Source: Allobaculum fili
GTDB taxonomy: Bacteria > Bacillota_I > Bacilli_A > Erysipelotrichales > Erysipelotrichaceae
Length of the DNA stretch: 32,000 bases
Assembly: GCF_020969955.1 (NCBI RefSeq)
Contig: NZ_JAHDSX010000012.1
Coordinates: forward strand, 23,411-55,410
Reading direction: 5' to 3'
Each line of letters begins with the position of its first letter. Within the stretch, counting starts at the first letter, position 1. Shown here in pieces: positions 9,225 through 16,687 of the stretch. Position numbers and translations under genes: made by a program. A model generated the notes under the pieces. That model did not search any database. It was not told where the DNA came from and saw only the letters and a program-made list of their open reading frames with translations.

Positions 9225-9863
9225 TTAGAGCTGTTCGCCGCCGTCGTGCAGATCGAGCAGGGTGACGGAAAGGTTTCCGTTTTCCGCGCGGATTTCGTTG
9301 AGCAGGCGCGTACTCTCAAAATGGCTGTTGGGAAGGAACGTATAGGAAAGTTCGTACAGCGTGCCCATGCCGGCGGTTTTCATCTTTTCAAGGTGCACCT
9401 TTTTTCCAAAGCGCGAAAGAATGTCCGTATAGACTGCTTCGTTTGGCATGGATTCGGGCACAACGATCTGAATCTGCATGAGGCTGCGGCGCGAAAAAAT
9501 CCAGGCGGCCAGAAGCATGCAAAGGTCCATGCCAATGCAGAGATCAAGCGCCGCAAGGCTCGCCCCGCAGGCACAGAGCAGACCGGTGACCATCGAGTAA
9601 ATGATGCAGATCATGTCCGTTCCTTTGGCCGGCAGAGAGCGGAAGCGGACCAGGCCAAAGACGCCGAGGACCGCGATGGACGTGCCGACTGAGCCGTTGA
9701 CGGCAAGCAGGCACGAACAGACGAGCGGCGGCAAAAAGGCGCAGGTCAGAAGCATGGAGCGGGTCGGCCGAAACGCGGCCAGACAAAGCAGAGCGCCGAC
9801 AATGCCGATTCCAAACGCGGCAAGAGTCGGAAGAAACAGATTGGTAAAAACGAGTTCAGTCAT
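9225..9863 (-). CDS. DUF4956-like polytopic membrane protein
   Basis: 212 aa. Four to five hydrophobic helices in the first ~130 aa, then a soluble tail (…VVPESMPNEAVYTDILSRFGKKVHLEKMKTAGMGTLYELSYTF…). GAAAGGA RBS. Same strand as, and adjacent to, the VTC-domain gene, which is the usual partner of this family. Confidence 0.7.
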   Translation of the reverse strand: MTELVFTNLFLPTLAAFGIGIVGALLCLAAFRPTRSMLLTCAFLPPLVCSCLLAVNGSVGTSIAVLGVFGLVRFRSLPAKGTDMICIIYSMVTGLLCACGASLAALDLCIGMDLCMLLAAWIFSRRSLMQIQIVVPESMPNEAVYTDILSRFGKKVHLEKMKTAGMGTLYELSYTFLPNSHFESTRLLNEIRAENGNLSVTLLDLHDGGEQL

Positions 9864-9978
9864 CGTATGGGTTCCTTTCTAGTGAATTTTTTCTGAAAAA
9901 GTCTTTTGAAAGCGGACTGTCTGGGGGAGGACAGTCCGAGACGAATCGGCTGGATCGGGAAAATCGTTTTCTTTCGAT

Positions 9979-10680
9979 TCAAACCGCCGGAAGGCGGTCG
10001 GTTTTCTGAATCTGGCGGGCATACGCCGCCCCGGCTTTGGAAAAGGAGCCGGGCACAATGCCGGGACGCTCAAGCAGGCGGCAAAGTTCTAAGGGCAGCG
10101 GACGGGAACACTTGATCTCAAAAATGTTCCATCCTTTTTCGAGCAGCGGGACATCGTCGGGATCGCGATACAGACCCGGGCGAACATCGCGATAAAACAG
10201 CTGGTCATCAAACGTCAGCCGCAGCGTGGGATCTTCCTTCCACACGTAGCAGAAGCGATGGGCGTACAGCGTGAAGCGCGGCCGTACCGGCCAGGTGTTT
10301 AAAAACGAAGCGATTTCTCTAGTGACGGAATTTTCGCCGGCATGTTCTGGATGGTCATAAAAGTTCTGAAGCGAAGCTTTCGTAAACGGGTGCCTTCGCT
10401 TAAACGAGCAGCCGCGAATTTTCTTTTTCAGCTCGAAAAAGAAAGCATCCTCCTCGCTATATACGGGCTTGTAGGCGCGCAGTCTGGCTTTGCACTTGTA
10501 GTCGGGCTTGCCTTCGCAAAGGCGCATGAGATCAAAGTGTTCGGTATCGAGGTAAATCGTGTAAATATCGCATTCAAAGTAAGTGTCCGGAATGAGGTGC
10601 TCTCCGGCTTCTTTTAAAAACGCCGCCTTGGCGTCTTCCTCGATTCGGTATTTCAGTTCTTTTCGAATAAACGTTTCCAT
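9979..10680 (-). CDS. VTC-domain (triphosphate-tunnel, polyphosphate-polymerase-like) protein
   Basis: I chose the start at METFIRKELKYRIEED (R-x-E-x-K-Y first-strand signature of VTC/tunnel enzymes). About 233 aa, typical for bacterial VTC-domain proteins. The 49 upstream in-frame codons of ORF 9979..10827 look non-coding. Confidence 0.7.
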   Translation of the reverse strand: METFIRKELKYRIEEDAKAAFLKEAGEHLIPDTYFECDIYTIYLDTEHFDLMRLCEGKPDYKCKARLRAYKPVYSEEDAFFFELKKKIRGCSFKRRHPFTKASLQNFYDHPEHAGENSVTREIASFLNTWPVRPRFTLYAHRFCYVWKEDPTLRLTFDDQLFYRDVRPGLYRDPDDVPLLEKGWNIFEIKCSRPLPLELCRLLERPGIVPGSFSKAGAAYARQIQKTDRLPAV

Positions 10681-10838
10681 GGCCTCATCTTGCCGGGAGC
10701 GTTTCAAAGGATTGTTAAAATTCTTAAGAAAATCCAAAGAAGCGAAAAAAAGCCCGTCCTTTTCAAAAAAAGGCAGGCAGACAAATCGATATACTGCAAA
10801 AGAGGAACAAAACCGGCAAAACGGCATACAAATGCGAA

Positions 10839-10865
10839 TAAAAAAAGCGCCTGTCGTTCAGGCGC
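10839..10865 (-). terminator. Intrinsic terminator of the small-protein gene
   Basis: Minus strand GCGCCTG-AACGA-CAGGCGC followed by TTTTTTT. Confidence 0.85.
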
Positions 10866-10886
10866 ATTAAATCTGGTGAAGAGCGG

Positions 10887-11186
10887 CTAGTCGGCCTGGG
10901 CTTCTTCCCACGTCCGTCTTTCCGGAGAAAGATTATCGACGTAGTAGCGTACCGTCAGCTTGCCGGCAATTCTGGATTTGACTTTGGGTTCTACCACAAA
11001 GCAGTCGCCTTCCAGCATCTGCGCCAGCATGGCCTTGCAGGCGCAGGAAAGGTTTTTCGATCCCGGCTCGCATTCGTCCTGCATCTCTTTTGCATTCACT
11101 TCAATGTACAAATTCAATGCGTCATGAGCATTCTGTTTTCTGGTTTTCAGATACTGCTCATACTGCTCCTGAGTCCATTTTTCCAT
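10887..11186 (-). CDS. Hypothetical small protein (99 aa, four Cys), independently transcribed
   Basis: AAAGGAGA RBS 8 nt upstream of the ATG. Near-consensus promoter upstream and a strong terminator downstream. I recognise no family. Confidence 0.65.
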   Translation of the reverse strand: MEKWTQEQYEQYLKTRKQNAHDALNLYIEVNAKEMQDECEPGSKNLSCACKAMLAQMLEGDCFVVEPKVKSRIAGKLTVRYYVDNLSPERRTWEEAQAD

Positions 11187-11242
11187 CGTTTTGCATCTCC
11201 TTTCGCTTCGGCAGCTCTTCGCTAGGAAGAAATGCCTTAGCT

Positions 11243-11270
11243 ATCATAGATTGTTTGAAAGTGATGTCAA
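11243..11270 (-). promoter_or_regulatory. Sigma-70-type promoter of the small-protein gene
   Basis: Minus strand TTGACA (11270-11265), a 16-nt spacer, then TATGAT (11248-11243). Confidence 0.65.
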
Positions 11271-11378
11271 ATATTGCATGGAAAGGACACAAAATGAAAG
11301 CGGCTACGAAAATTCAGGATGGCTGGACATGCGTCCAAACGAGAATGAAAGACGAGGAAAAAGAGTGCTTTTTTGGCG

Positions 11379-11726
11379 TTAGGGCTTAATGACGGCGTCG
11401 GCTTCCATCATGCATTCCGTCATGTCCTTTAAGGATGTCGGCTCGCCGCATTCGAGATTTGCGGCCAGAGAATAGAAGACCAGACTTTCCTCGTTGACCA
11501 GAACTTTGCAGCCAAGATCCGCCAGCGCCTTGAGAGGCTTGAGAAGTTTCGAATCCTTGCAGGCGAGAACGACCGCCGAGTTATAGAGCAGGATGGCCTG
11601 CGGGACATTTACGCTTTTGGCGAGCGTATCGAGAAAGTCTTCCATCAGCGATTCGCCCAGACGCGGATTGCCCTGACCAAAACGGCTGGAGTTAAGAACG
11701 ACAATGCGTGCGTTTGATTCTGACAT
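11379..11726 (-). CDS. Stand-alone DsrE-like protein (resembles the C-terminal half of YedF-type selenium/sulfur metabolism proteins)
   Basis: Start at MSESNARIVV, preceded by AAGGAGG. The pattern IVVLNSSRFGQGNPRLGESLM…ILLYNSAVVLA…LADLGCKVLV…MMEADAVIKP matches the DsrE/YedF C-domain layout. The upstream part of ORF 11379..11918 has no RBS and a basic, low-complexity translation. Confidence 0.6.
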   Translation of the reverse strand: MSESNARIVVLNSSRFGQGNPRLGESLMEDFLDTLAKSVNVPQAILLYNSAVVLACKDSKLLKPLKALADLGCKVLVNEESLVFYSLAANLECGEPTSLKDMTECMMEADAVIKP

Positions 11727-12016
11727 GTAAATCCTCCTTGGATCCGAATCCCGGCGACAGGCCGTATTCGAATTTCTGTTTCCTTGAGTATTATACGTAA
11801 AACGAAAGAACCCATTCCAAAACTTCTGCTTTTTGGGCGGTCCGCCTTTTTTGCCCACACGGATCCGGAGAGATTTTTGAATGTCTGTTTTTACAGGCAT
11901 TCGTTTTTTTATGCACATTGATTTTTACAGGGGCTCTCCGTACAATTTTGAAAGATTTAAAGAAAAGAGTGTTTTCAGGCGCCACAACGCCTGAAAGGAA
12001 AAGGGAAAAAGCGGGT

Positions 12017-13033
12017 ATGAAGAGAGTGTGCGGAAAGATCGCTTTGTGTTTGATGGCGGCTGTTCTGGCTGTCGGGCTGTCCGGTACAGGATGCAGTGAA
12101 CGGCTGATGGCGCAGGAAAACAGGACGGAAATCGATGGAAATGCATCGGTTAAAGCTCTGACATCTTCGCAGGCTTTGCGGGAAATGATGAGCCGCATTC
12201 AGGATGGCGTCGATCTGCGGCTGGCCAACGCCATTTCGCCCGGCAGACCGTCCGCAAAAGGCAATGCGCAGGCGCTGCAGGAAGCGCTGAATGAGGAGAT
12301 GGACAAAATTATGGAAGAATACGCCATCGATGAAGATTCAACGGGCATCGCCATCCATTCGCTGGACGGTTCCATTTCCTGGACGCTCAATGAAGATGAG
12401 CTGTATACCGGAGCGAGTCTGTACAAGCTGCCGCTGGCGATGATCTGGTATGACCGCCTGGAGAAAGATCCGTCCCTGCTCAAAAAGCCCCTGCTGTACC
12501 GGGCCGACATGTACGAAGATGTCTCTGTTATTGCCTCACGCTATGCGGCCGGTTCGTATATCGATCTTGAAGAACTTCTCGAACAGGTTATTCTGACTTC
12601 GGACAATACCGCCGGCCACATTTTGTTTGAACATCTTGGCGGCTGGGAAAAGTTCAAATCGATCATGAAAGAACGCTGGCCGAACCATACAGAAGACAAA
12701 GACTTTGTTTCCATGGACAATCTGATGAGTCCGGGCGTTATGGTGGATGTTCTTCTGGAAATCGCAGCTTCGCCTGAGCGGTATGAAGAGCTGATTGAAG
12801 ATATGGAAAACGCACAGCCGGCCAACTATCTCAACCGTTTCCTCGATCGGCCGATTGCCCAGAAATACGGAGCCTATGGCTCACAGGTCAACGGGGCCGG
12901 GCTCGATCTCGAAGCATCCTGTCCGTATGTCCTCTGCGTAATGACCGACGATATTCAGGCGGAAAAATTTGTCGGCGATCTGGCGCTGCGCGTGCAGAGT
13001 CTTCTGGATACCGAAGAGAAGCAGGGGGAGTAG
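12017..13033 (+). CDS. Secreted class-A beta-lactamase-like serine hydrolase
   Basis: Start at MKRVCGKIALCLMAAVLAVGLSGTGC (signal peptide, possibly lipid-modified). S-x-x-K (ASLYK), SDN (LTSDNTAG) and a degenerate K-[TS]-G region (QKYGAYG). Confidence 0.7.
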   Translation: MKRVCGKIALCLMAAVLAVGLSGTGCSERLMAQENRTEIDGNASVKALTSSQALREMMSRIQDGVDLRLANAISPGRPSAKGNAQALQEALNEEMDKIMEEYAIDEDSTGIAIHSLDGSISWTLNEDELYTGASLYKLPLAMIWYDRLEKDPSLLKKPLLYRADMYEDVSVIASRYAAGSYIDLEELLEQVILTSDNTAGHILFEHLGGWEKFKSIMKERWPNHTEDKDFVSMDNLMSPGVMVDVLLEIAASPERYEELIEDMENAQPANYLNRFLDRPIAQKYGAYGSQVNGAGLDLEASCPYVLCVMTDDIQAEKFVGDLALRVQSLLDTEEKQGE

Positions 13034-13252
13034 TTGAGGAGCGTTTCGGTGTTCCTGTTTCCATTCCCGTTTAAAAAGAATACGATAGGACTAATGGCCT
13101 GCGGATGGATCATCGGCAGGCTTTCTTTGACGGTACTCGCACGCGTTCCGGCAGGAAAGCCGCTAAGACACCGAAAATACAAATACGTAAAAAGAAAAAA
13201 AACGGAAAAGCAGAACGCGCAAAACGAGGCACATTGGATCGGCGCGCAGTGG

Positions 13253-13300
13253 GAAAACCAAAGCAGATCCCGAAGCACATGCCAAAGCGAATGCCGAAGC
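13253..13300. repeat. 4 x 12-nt imperfect tandem repeat within an A/G-rich (plus strand) non-coding stretch
   Basis: gaaaaccaaagc / agatcccgaagc / acatgccaaagc / gaatgccgaagc. The CC and AAGC columns are invariant. Confidence 0.6.
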
Positions 13301-13311
13301 CCAGCGGAAAA

Positions 13312-13350
13312 TAAAAAAAGCTGAAGGCGTGCCGCATGGCTTCCTTCAGC
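13312..13350 (-). terminator. Intrinsic terminator downstream of tRNA-Ser
   Basis: Minus strand GCTGAAGG-(15 nt)-CCTTCAGC followed by TTTTTTT. Confidence 0.7.
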
Positions 13351-13362
13351 GTTAAGTTCTCG

Positions 13363-13451
13363 TGGCGGAGACGGTGGGATTCGAACCCACGAGCCCTTTC
13401 AGACTACCTGATTTCGAGTCAGGCCCGTTATGACCACTTCGATACGTCTCC
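13363..13451 (-). tRNA. tRNA-Ser (anticodon CGA), CCA encoded
   Basis: I folded the cloverleaf by hand. Acceptor GGAGACG/CGTCTCC. Anticodon stem CCTGA/TCAGG with loop CTCGAAA. Long variable arm. T-arm GTGGG-TTCGAAT-CCCAC. Discriminator G plus CCA. Confidence 0.93.
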
Positions 13452-13465
13452 GTGTTGCGTTCAAT

Positions 13466-13471
13466 ATTCTA
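13466..13471 (-). promoter_or_regulatory. Candidate extended -10 (TGgTAGAAT) for tRNA-Ser
   Basis: Minus strand ATATATGGTAGAATATTGAACGCAACAC immediately precedes the mature tRNA 5' end. There is no good -35 element. Confidence 0.4.
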
Positions 13472-13505
13472 CCATATATTTTCAGAAAAGAAAGAAGGCA
13501 AAATT

Positions 13506-14672
13506 ATGGTTACCTGGCTGGTCAACCGAATTCTCCGTAAGGAAAAAACAGACGATATGACGAAACTGCGTTATATCATCAGCCGGCTCTTAGGCTGGGT
13601 GGGCATTGCCCTCAACTTTACACTGTTCCTTTCGAAATACATTATCGGCGTTCTCGTCGGCAGCGTTTCGATCTGCGGCGACGCCATCAACAACTTAACG
13701 GACTCGCTGAGCAATGTGGTTTCGATCATTTCGTTCAAGATTGCTGAAAAGCCGGCGGATAAGGAACATCCGTACGGGCATGAGCGGACGGAAACGATCG
13801 CCGCGATGTTCATGGGCATGGTCATTGTCTATCTGGGCATCGACATGGTGACGCAGTCTTTCCAGAAAATTATTCATCCGACGCCGGTTCATTTTGAGTG
13901 GGCCGCCGTCATCATTCTGGTGCTTTCCATTTCGGTCAAGCTGTACATGTACGCTTATAACCATAAGTACGCGAAGCTGTATAAAAGCGAACTGCTGGAA
14001 GCCAACGCCATCGATTCGCGAAACGATGTGATCGGTACGGCGATGGTTCTTCTTTCCACGCTCATTTCCCGCTTTACCGGATTCGATCTGGACGGTTACA
14101 TGGGTGTCGTTGTATCGGGCATTATTTTCTATTCGGCCTGGGGTCTGCTGCGCGAAGACAGCAACATCCTTTTAGGTGAAGCGCCGACGCCGCAGGAAAT
14201 GAATCAGATGATCGATCTGATCATGATCAATCCGATGGTCATCGACGTCCACGATATCGCCATCCATAAATACGGTCCCCGCTACAAATACGCGACCGCC
14301 CACGTAGAAGTGGACGGCACCCTTAATCTGATGGACGTCCATCAGGAAGTGGACCGAATTGAACGCGAAGTCATGAAAGTCATGGGCATCGAGCTCGTCA
14401 CACACGTCGATCCGGTTCTTCTGCACGATGAACAGACGACCCGCGCGGAAGAAAAGCTTACGGAAGCCGTGCGCAAAACGAATCCGAACTGGATGATTCA
14501 GGACTTCCGCATTGAAGAGACGCCGGAAAATCAGATGGTTCTCTATTTCGATCTGATCGTCCCCTATGACGAAAAGCGTTCCAAAAAGGAAATCGAAGAC
14601 GTACTGAAATCCCGTCTGAACGACGACAAAATCGCCTGGATGGAAATGCGCATCGTCCATCCGTACTCCTGA
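13506..14672 (+). CDS. Cation diffusion facilitator (CDF) family divalent-metal efflux transporter
   Basis: Six hydrophobic helices plus a C-terminal cytoplasmic domain. CDF signature region (…CGDAINNLTDSLSN…, …HPYGHERTETIAA…). I chose the ATG at 13506 because the longer ORF would abut the tRNA. A later start (MTKLRY) is possible. Confidence 0.85.
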   Translation: MVTWLVNRILRKEKTDDMTKLRYIISRLLGWVGIALNFTLFLSKYIIGVLVGSVSICGDAINNLTDSLSNVVSIISFKIAEKPADKEHPYGHERTETIAAMFMGMVIVYLGIDMVTQSFQKIIHPTPVHFEWAAVIILVLSISVKLYMYAYNHKYAKLYKSELLEANAIDSRNDVIGTAMVLLSTLISRFTGFDLDGYMGVVVSGIIFYSAWGLLREDSNILLGEAPTPQEMNQMIDLIMINPMVIDVHDIAIHKYGPRYKYATAHVEVDGTLNLMDVHQEVDRIEREVMKVMGIELVTHVDPVLLHDEQTTRAEEKLTEAVRKTNPNWMIQDFRIEETPENQMVLYFDLIVPYDEKRSKKEIEDVLKSRLNDDKIAWMEMRIVHPYS

Positions 14673-14722
14673 TTGAATTCTCAGCCCCCATGGCTGGCTT
14701 ATCGTTTACATTTATTCACACG

Positions 14723-14760
14723 AAAAGCGCCGGCTCGTTCTTGCAGCGAGCCGGCGCTTT
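14723..14760. terminator. Bidirectional intrinsic terminator between the convergent CDF and DUF368 genes
   Basis: GCGCCGGCTCG-(9 nt)-CGAGCCGGCGC, an 11-bp stem, flanked by AAAA and TTT. Confidence 0.8.
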
Positions 14761-14828
14761 GATATGTCTGGGAAATGGAAATCCTGAAATCGCAAATGAA
14801 ATTCGGAACAGAGAAAGCGGATTTCTGT

Positions 14829-15689
14829 CTATTCCGAGAGCCATCCGGCCGCGAACCATCCGGCGGCAGCGGCGACAAGACCGATCAGAAGCTGTCCGAT
14901 GGAGAAGGACGCCCAGCTGGTCTTGAGCAGAATGGCGATCGGGCTGGCGCAGATCAGGCCGATGATGGCCCACATTGTCTGCAAATGCCATTTGTTCATA
15001 ATCCACTCGATCAGCTTGGCGATCGCAAAGATGCCAAGAACGACGCCGATCGCAAAGGGGACGCCAAGAATGACGCAGTGACCGATCATGCCCCAGTCGA
15101 GCTTGAGCAGAGCGGTGATGCCGTCGGACACCAGGTTGATGACGGGCTGATAGTATCCCATCAGCATGAGCATCATCGAACCGGAAACGCCTGGGATAAC
15201 CATAGTCGCCGCCGCGATGACGCCGACGATGAATAACATGAACAGGCCGAAAAAGTTCGTATGCAGAACGACATCATTTCCTGAGCTTTCGTTAACGACG
15301 GCCAGCACGACGATCAGCACGAAGAAAGCCGCAAAGCAAAGGCCGCAGGAAAGCTTGAATCCCTTATGCTTCACGTGCTTGAAAATCGAAGGCAGAGAGC
15401 CGAGGATCAGACCGCAGAAGCCCAGGTTGGTCGCGATCGGCCAGCGCGCCAGCAGAAACGAAAACAGCTTGGCTAAAAGTGCGAGCGCCAGAACGATACC
15501 GATCAGAATAGGAAGCAGGAAACGGAAGGACTTTTTGAAGTCCGAAAACAGATGCGTTACCGAATGAATCAGTTTGTCATAGATGCCCATGGAGACCATC
15601 ATGGTGCCGCCGGAAACGCCGGGGATGATATTGGCTACGCCAATGACCATGCCGCGCAGGACATCCATCCAGAAACTGGAAATTTTCAT
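14829..15689 (-). CDS. DUF368-family membrane protein (family linked to undecaprenyl-phosphate recycling)
   Basis: 286 aa, polytopic. Duplicated motif G-V-[AS]-x-x-I-P-G-V-S-G-[GS] (VIGVANIIPGVSGGTMM and MVIPGVSGSMMLM). AGAGAGG RBS. Confidence 0.8.
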   Translation of the reverse strand: MKISSFWMDVLRGMVIGVANIIPGVSGGTMMVSMGIYDKLIHSVTHLFSDFKKSFRFLLPILIGIVLALALLAKLFSFLLARWPIATNLGFCGLILGSLPSIFKHVKHKGFKLSCGLCFAAFFVLIVVLAVVNESSGNDVVLHTNFFGLFMLFIVGVIAAATMVIPGVSGSMMLMLMGYYQPVINLVSDGITALLKLDWGMIGHCVILGVPFAIGVVLGIFAIAKLIEWIMNKWHLQTMWAIIGLICASPIAILLKTSWASFSIGQLLIGLVAAAAGWFAAGWLSE

Positions 15690-16133
15690 AATTACCTCTC
15701 TTTAAAGCCGGTTCGCAAACCGGCGCTGAAACCCAAGTATTATATAACATCCGCTTAACACCCGCCGGGCCGACCTGCCACGGGTCTTCCTTACAGTTTT
15801 GTCTGACAGCGTCTGCAAAACGCATCCTCAAAAGAAAACTGTTGTCCAATAATCAGAAAAAAGCCGGCAAAAACAAAGCCGCAGGCGATGCCCATCGGCA
15901 TAAAAAGAACGCTTTCAGACCCTCATCGCAGAAGGCGGTTTTTCCTCGATTTACGAAAACGGGGTGCGAATGTAAAAAAATTCGATTATTTGACGTTAGA
16001 AATTGCAATGGAACGCATCGCGCATATAATGGGCTTTGCGTTTATATAAGTTATATTCTTTGTTTAGTATTGCTAAACAGCGACTGAGCCCGCAAGGGCT
16101 TGGCGGTATGGACGCCCCGGAAAGGAGAGGACA

Positions 16134-16676
16134 ATGGATTTGAAAATCGGAGCGCGGATTCGCAGCCTCAGGCAGGCGAATTCCCTGACGCTTGAAGAGC
16201 TCGCCAGCCGATGCGAGCTGACCAAGGGATTCCTCTCCCAGCTCGAGAGGGATCTGACTTCGCCTTCCATTTCTACGCTGGCCGATATTCTGGAAGCCCT
16301 GGGCACCAGCCTTCCGGAATTTTTCAGCGAAGAGCCGGAAAGCCAGATCGTGTTTCGACAGGATGATTTCTTTGTCGATGAAAGAGACGATCATACGATT
16401 ACCTGGATCGTTCCCAACGCGCAGAAAAACGAAATGGAACCGATCCTGGTCCGCATTGAACCGTTTAAATCCTCGATGACGACAGCCAATCATCAGGGGG
16501 AAGAATTCGGCTATATCCTTCGCGGAACCGTCTGTCTGACGTTTGAAGACGGACGGCGCATGACGGTACGCACCGGCGAAACGTTTTATACCGACGGCAG
16601 CGTCCGCCACTGGCTGGAGAACCCCTATAAAACGCCCGCACTCGTTCTGTGGGTTTCGACACCTCCGGTGTTCTAG
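16134..16676 (+). CDS. XRE-family HTH plus cupin transcriptional regulator (PuuR-like), first gene of the polyamine transporter operon
   Basis: N-terminal HTH ([36 protein letters not shown]). C-terminal cupin (…[14 protein letters not shown]…[13 protein letters not shown]). GGAAAGGAGAGG RBS. Ends 11 nt before potA. Confidence 0.85.
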   Translation: MDLKIGARIRSLRQANSLTLEELASRCELTKGFLSQLERDLTSPSISTLADILEALGTSLPEFFSEEPESQIVFRQDDFFVDERDDHTITWIVPNAQKNEMEPILVRIEPFKSSMTTANHQGEEFGYILRGTVCLTFEDGRRMTVRTGETFYTDGSVRHWLENPYKTPALVLWVSTPPVF

Positions 16677-16687
16677 AAAGGAAAGAG

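Noticed and set aside
10745-10778. Second terminator-like hairpin with a T7 run between the small-protein terminator and the VTC gene start.
   Set aside because: The stem is irregular: four A-U pairs, a few G-C pairs and bulges on both sides. It is too weak to call. It may add to termination or be nothing.
11294-11389. 31-codon plus-strand ORF (MKAATKIQDGWTCVQTRMKDEEKECFFGVRA) with a GAAAGGA RBS, between two minus-strand genes.
   Set aside because: It is very short and overlaps the 3' end of the DsrE-like gene. It sits opposite the promoter of the small-protein gene, and I can see no promoter or terminator of its own. It cannot be supported from sequence alone.
13363-13451. tRNA-Ser as a possible integration site for a mobile element.
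   Set aside because: There is no integrase, recombinase or phage/ICE gene on either side. By eye I found no second copy of the tRNA 3' end (…GGTTCGAATCCCAC…) that would mark an att site.
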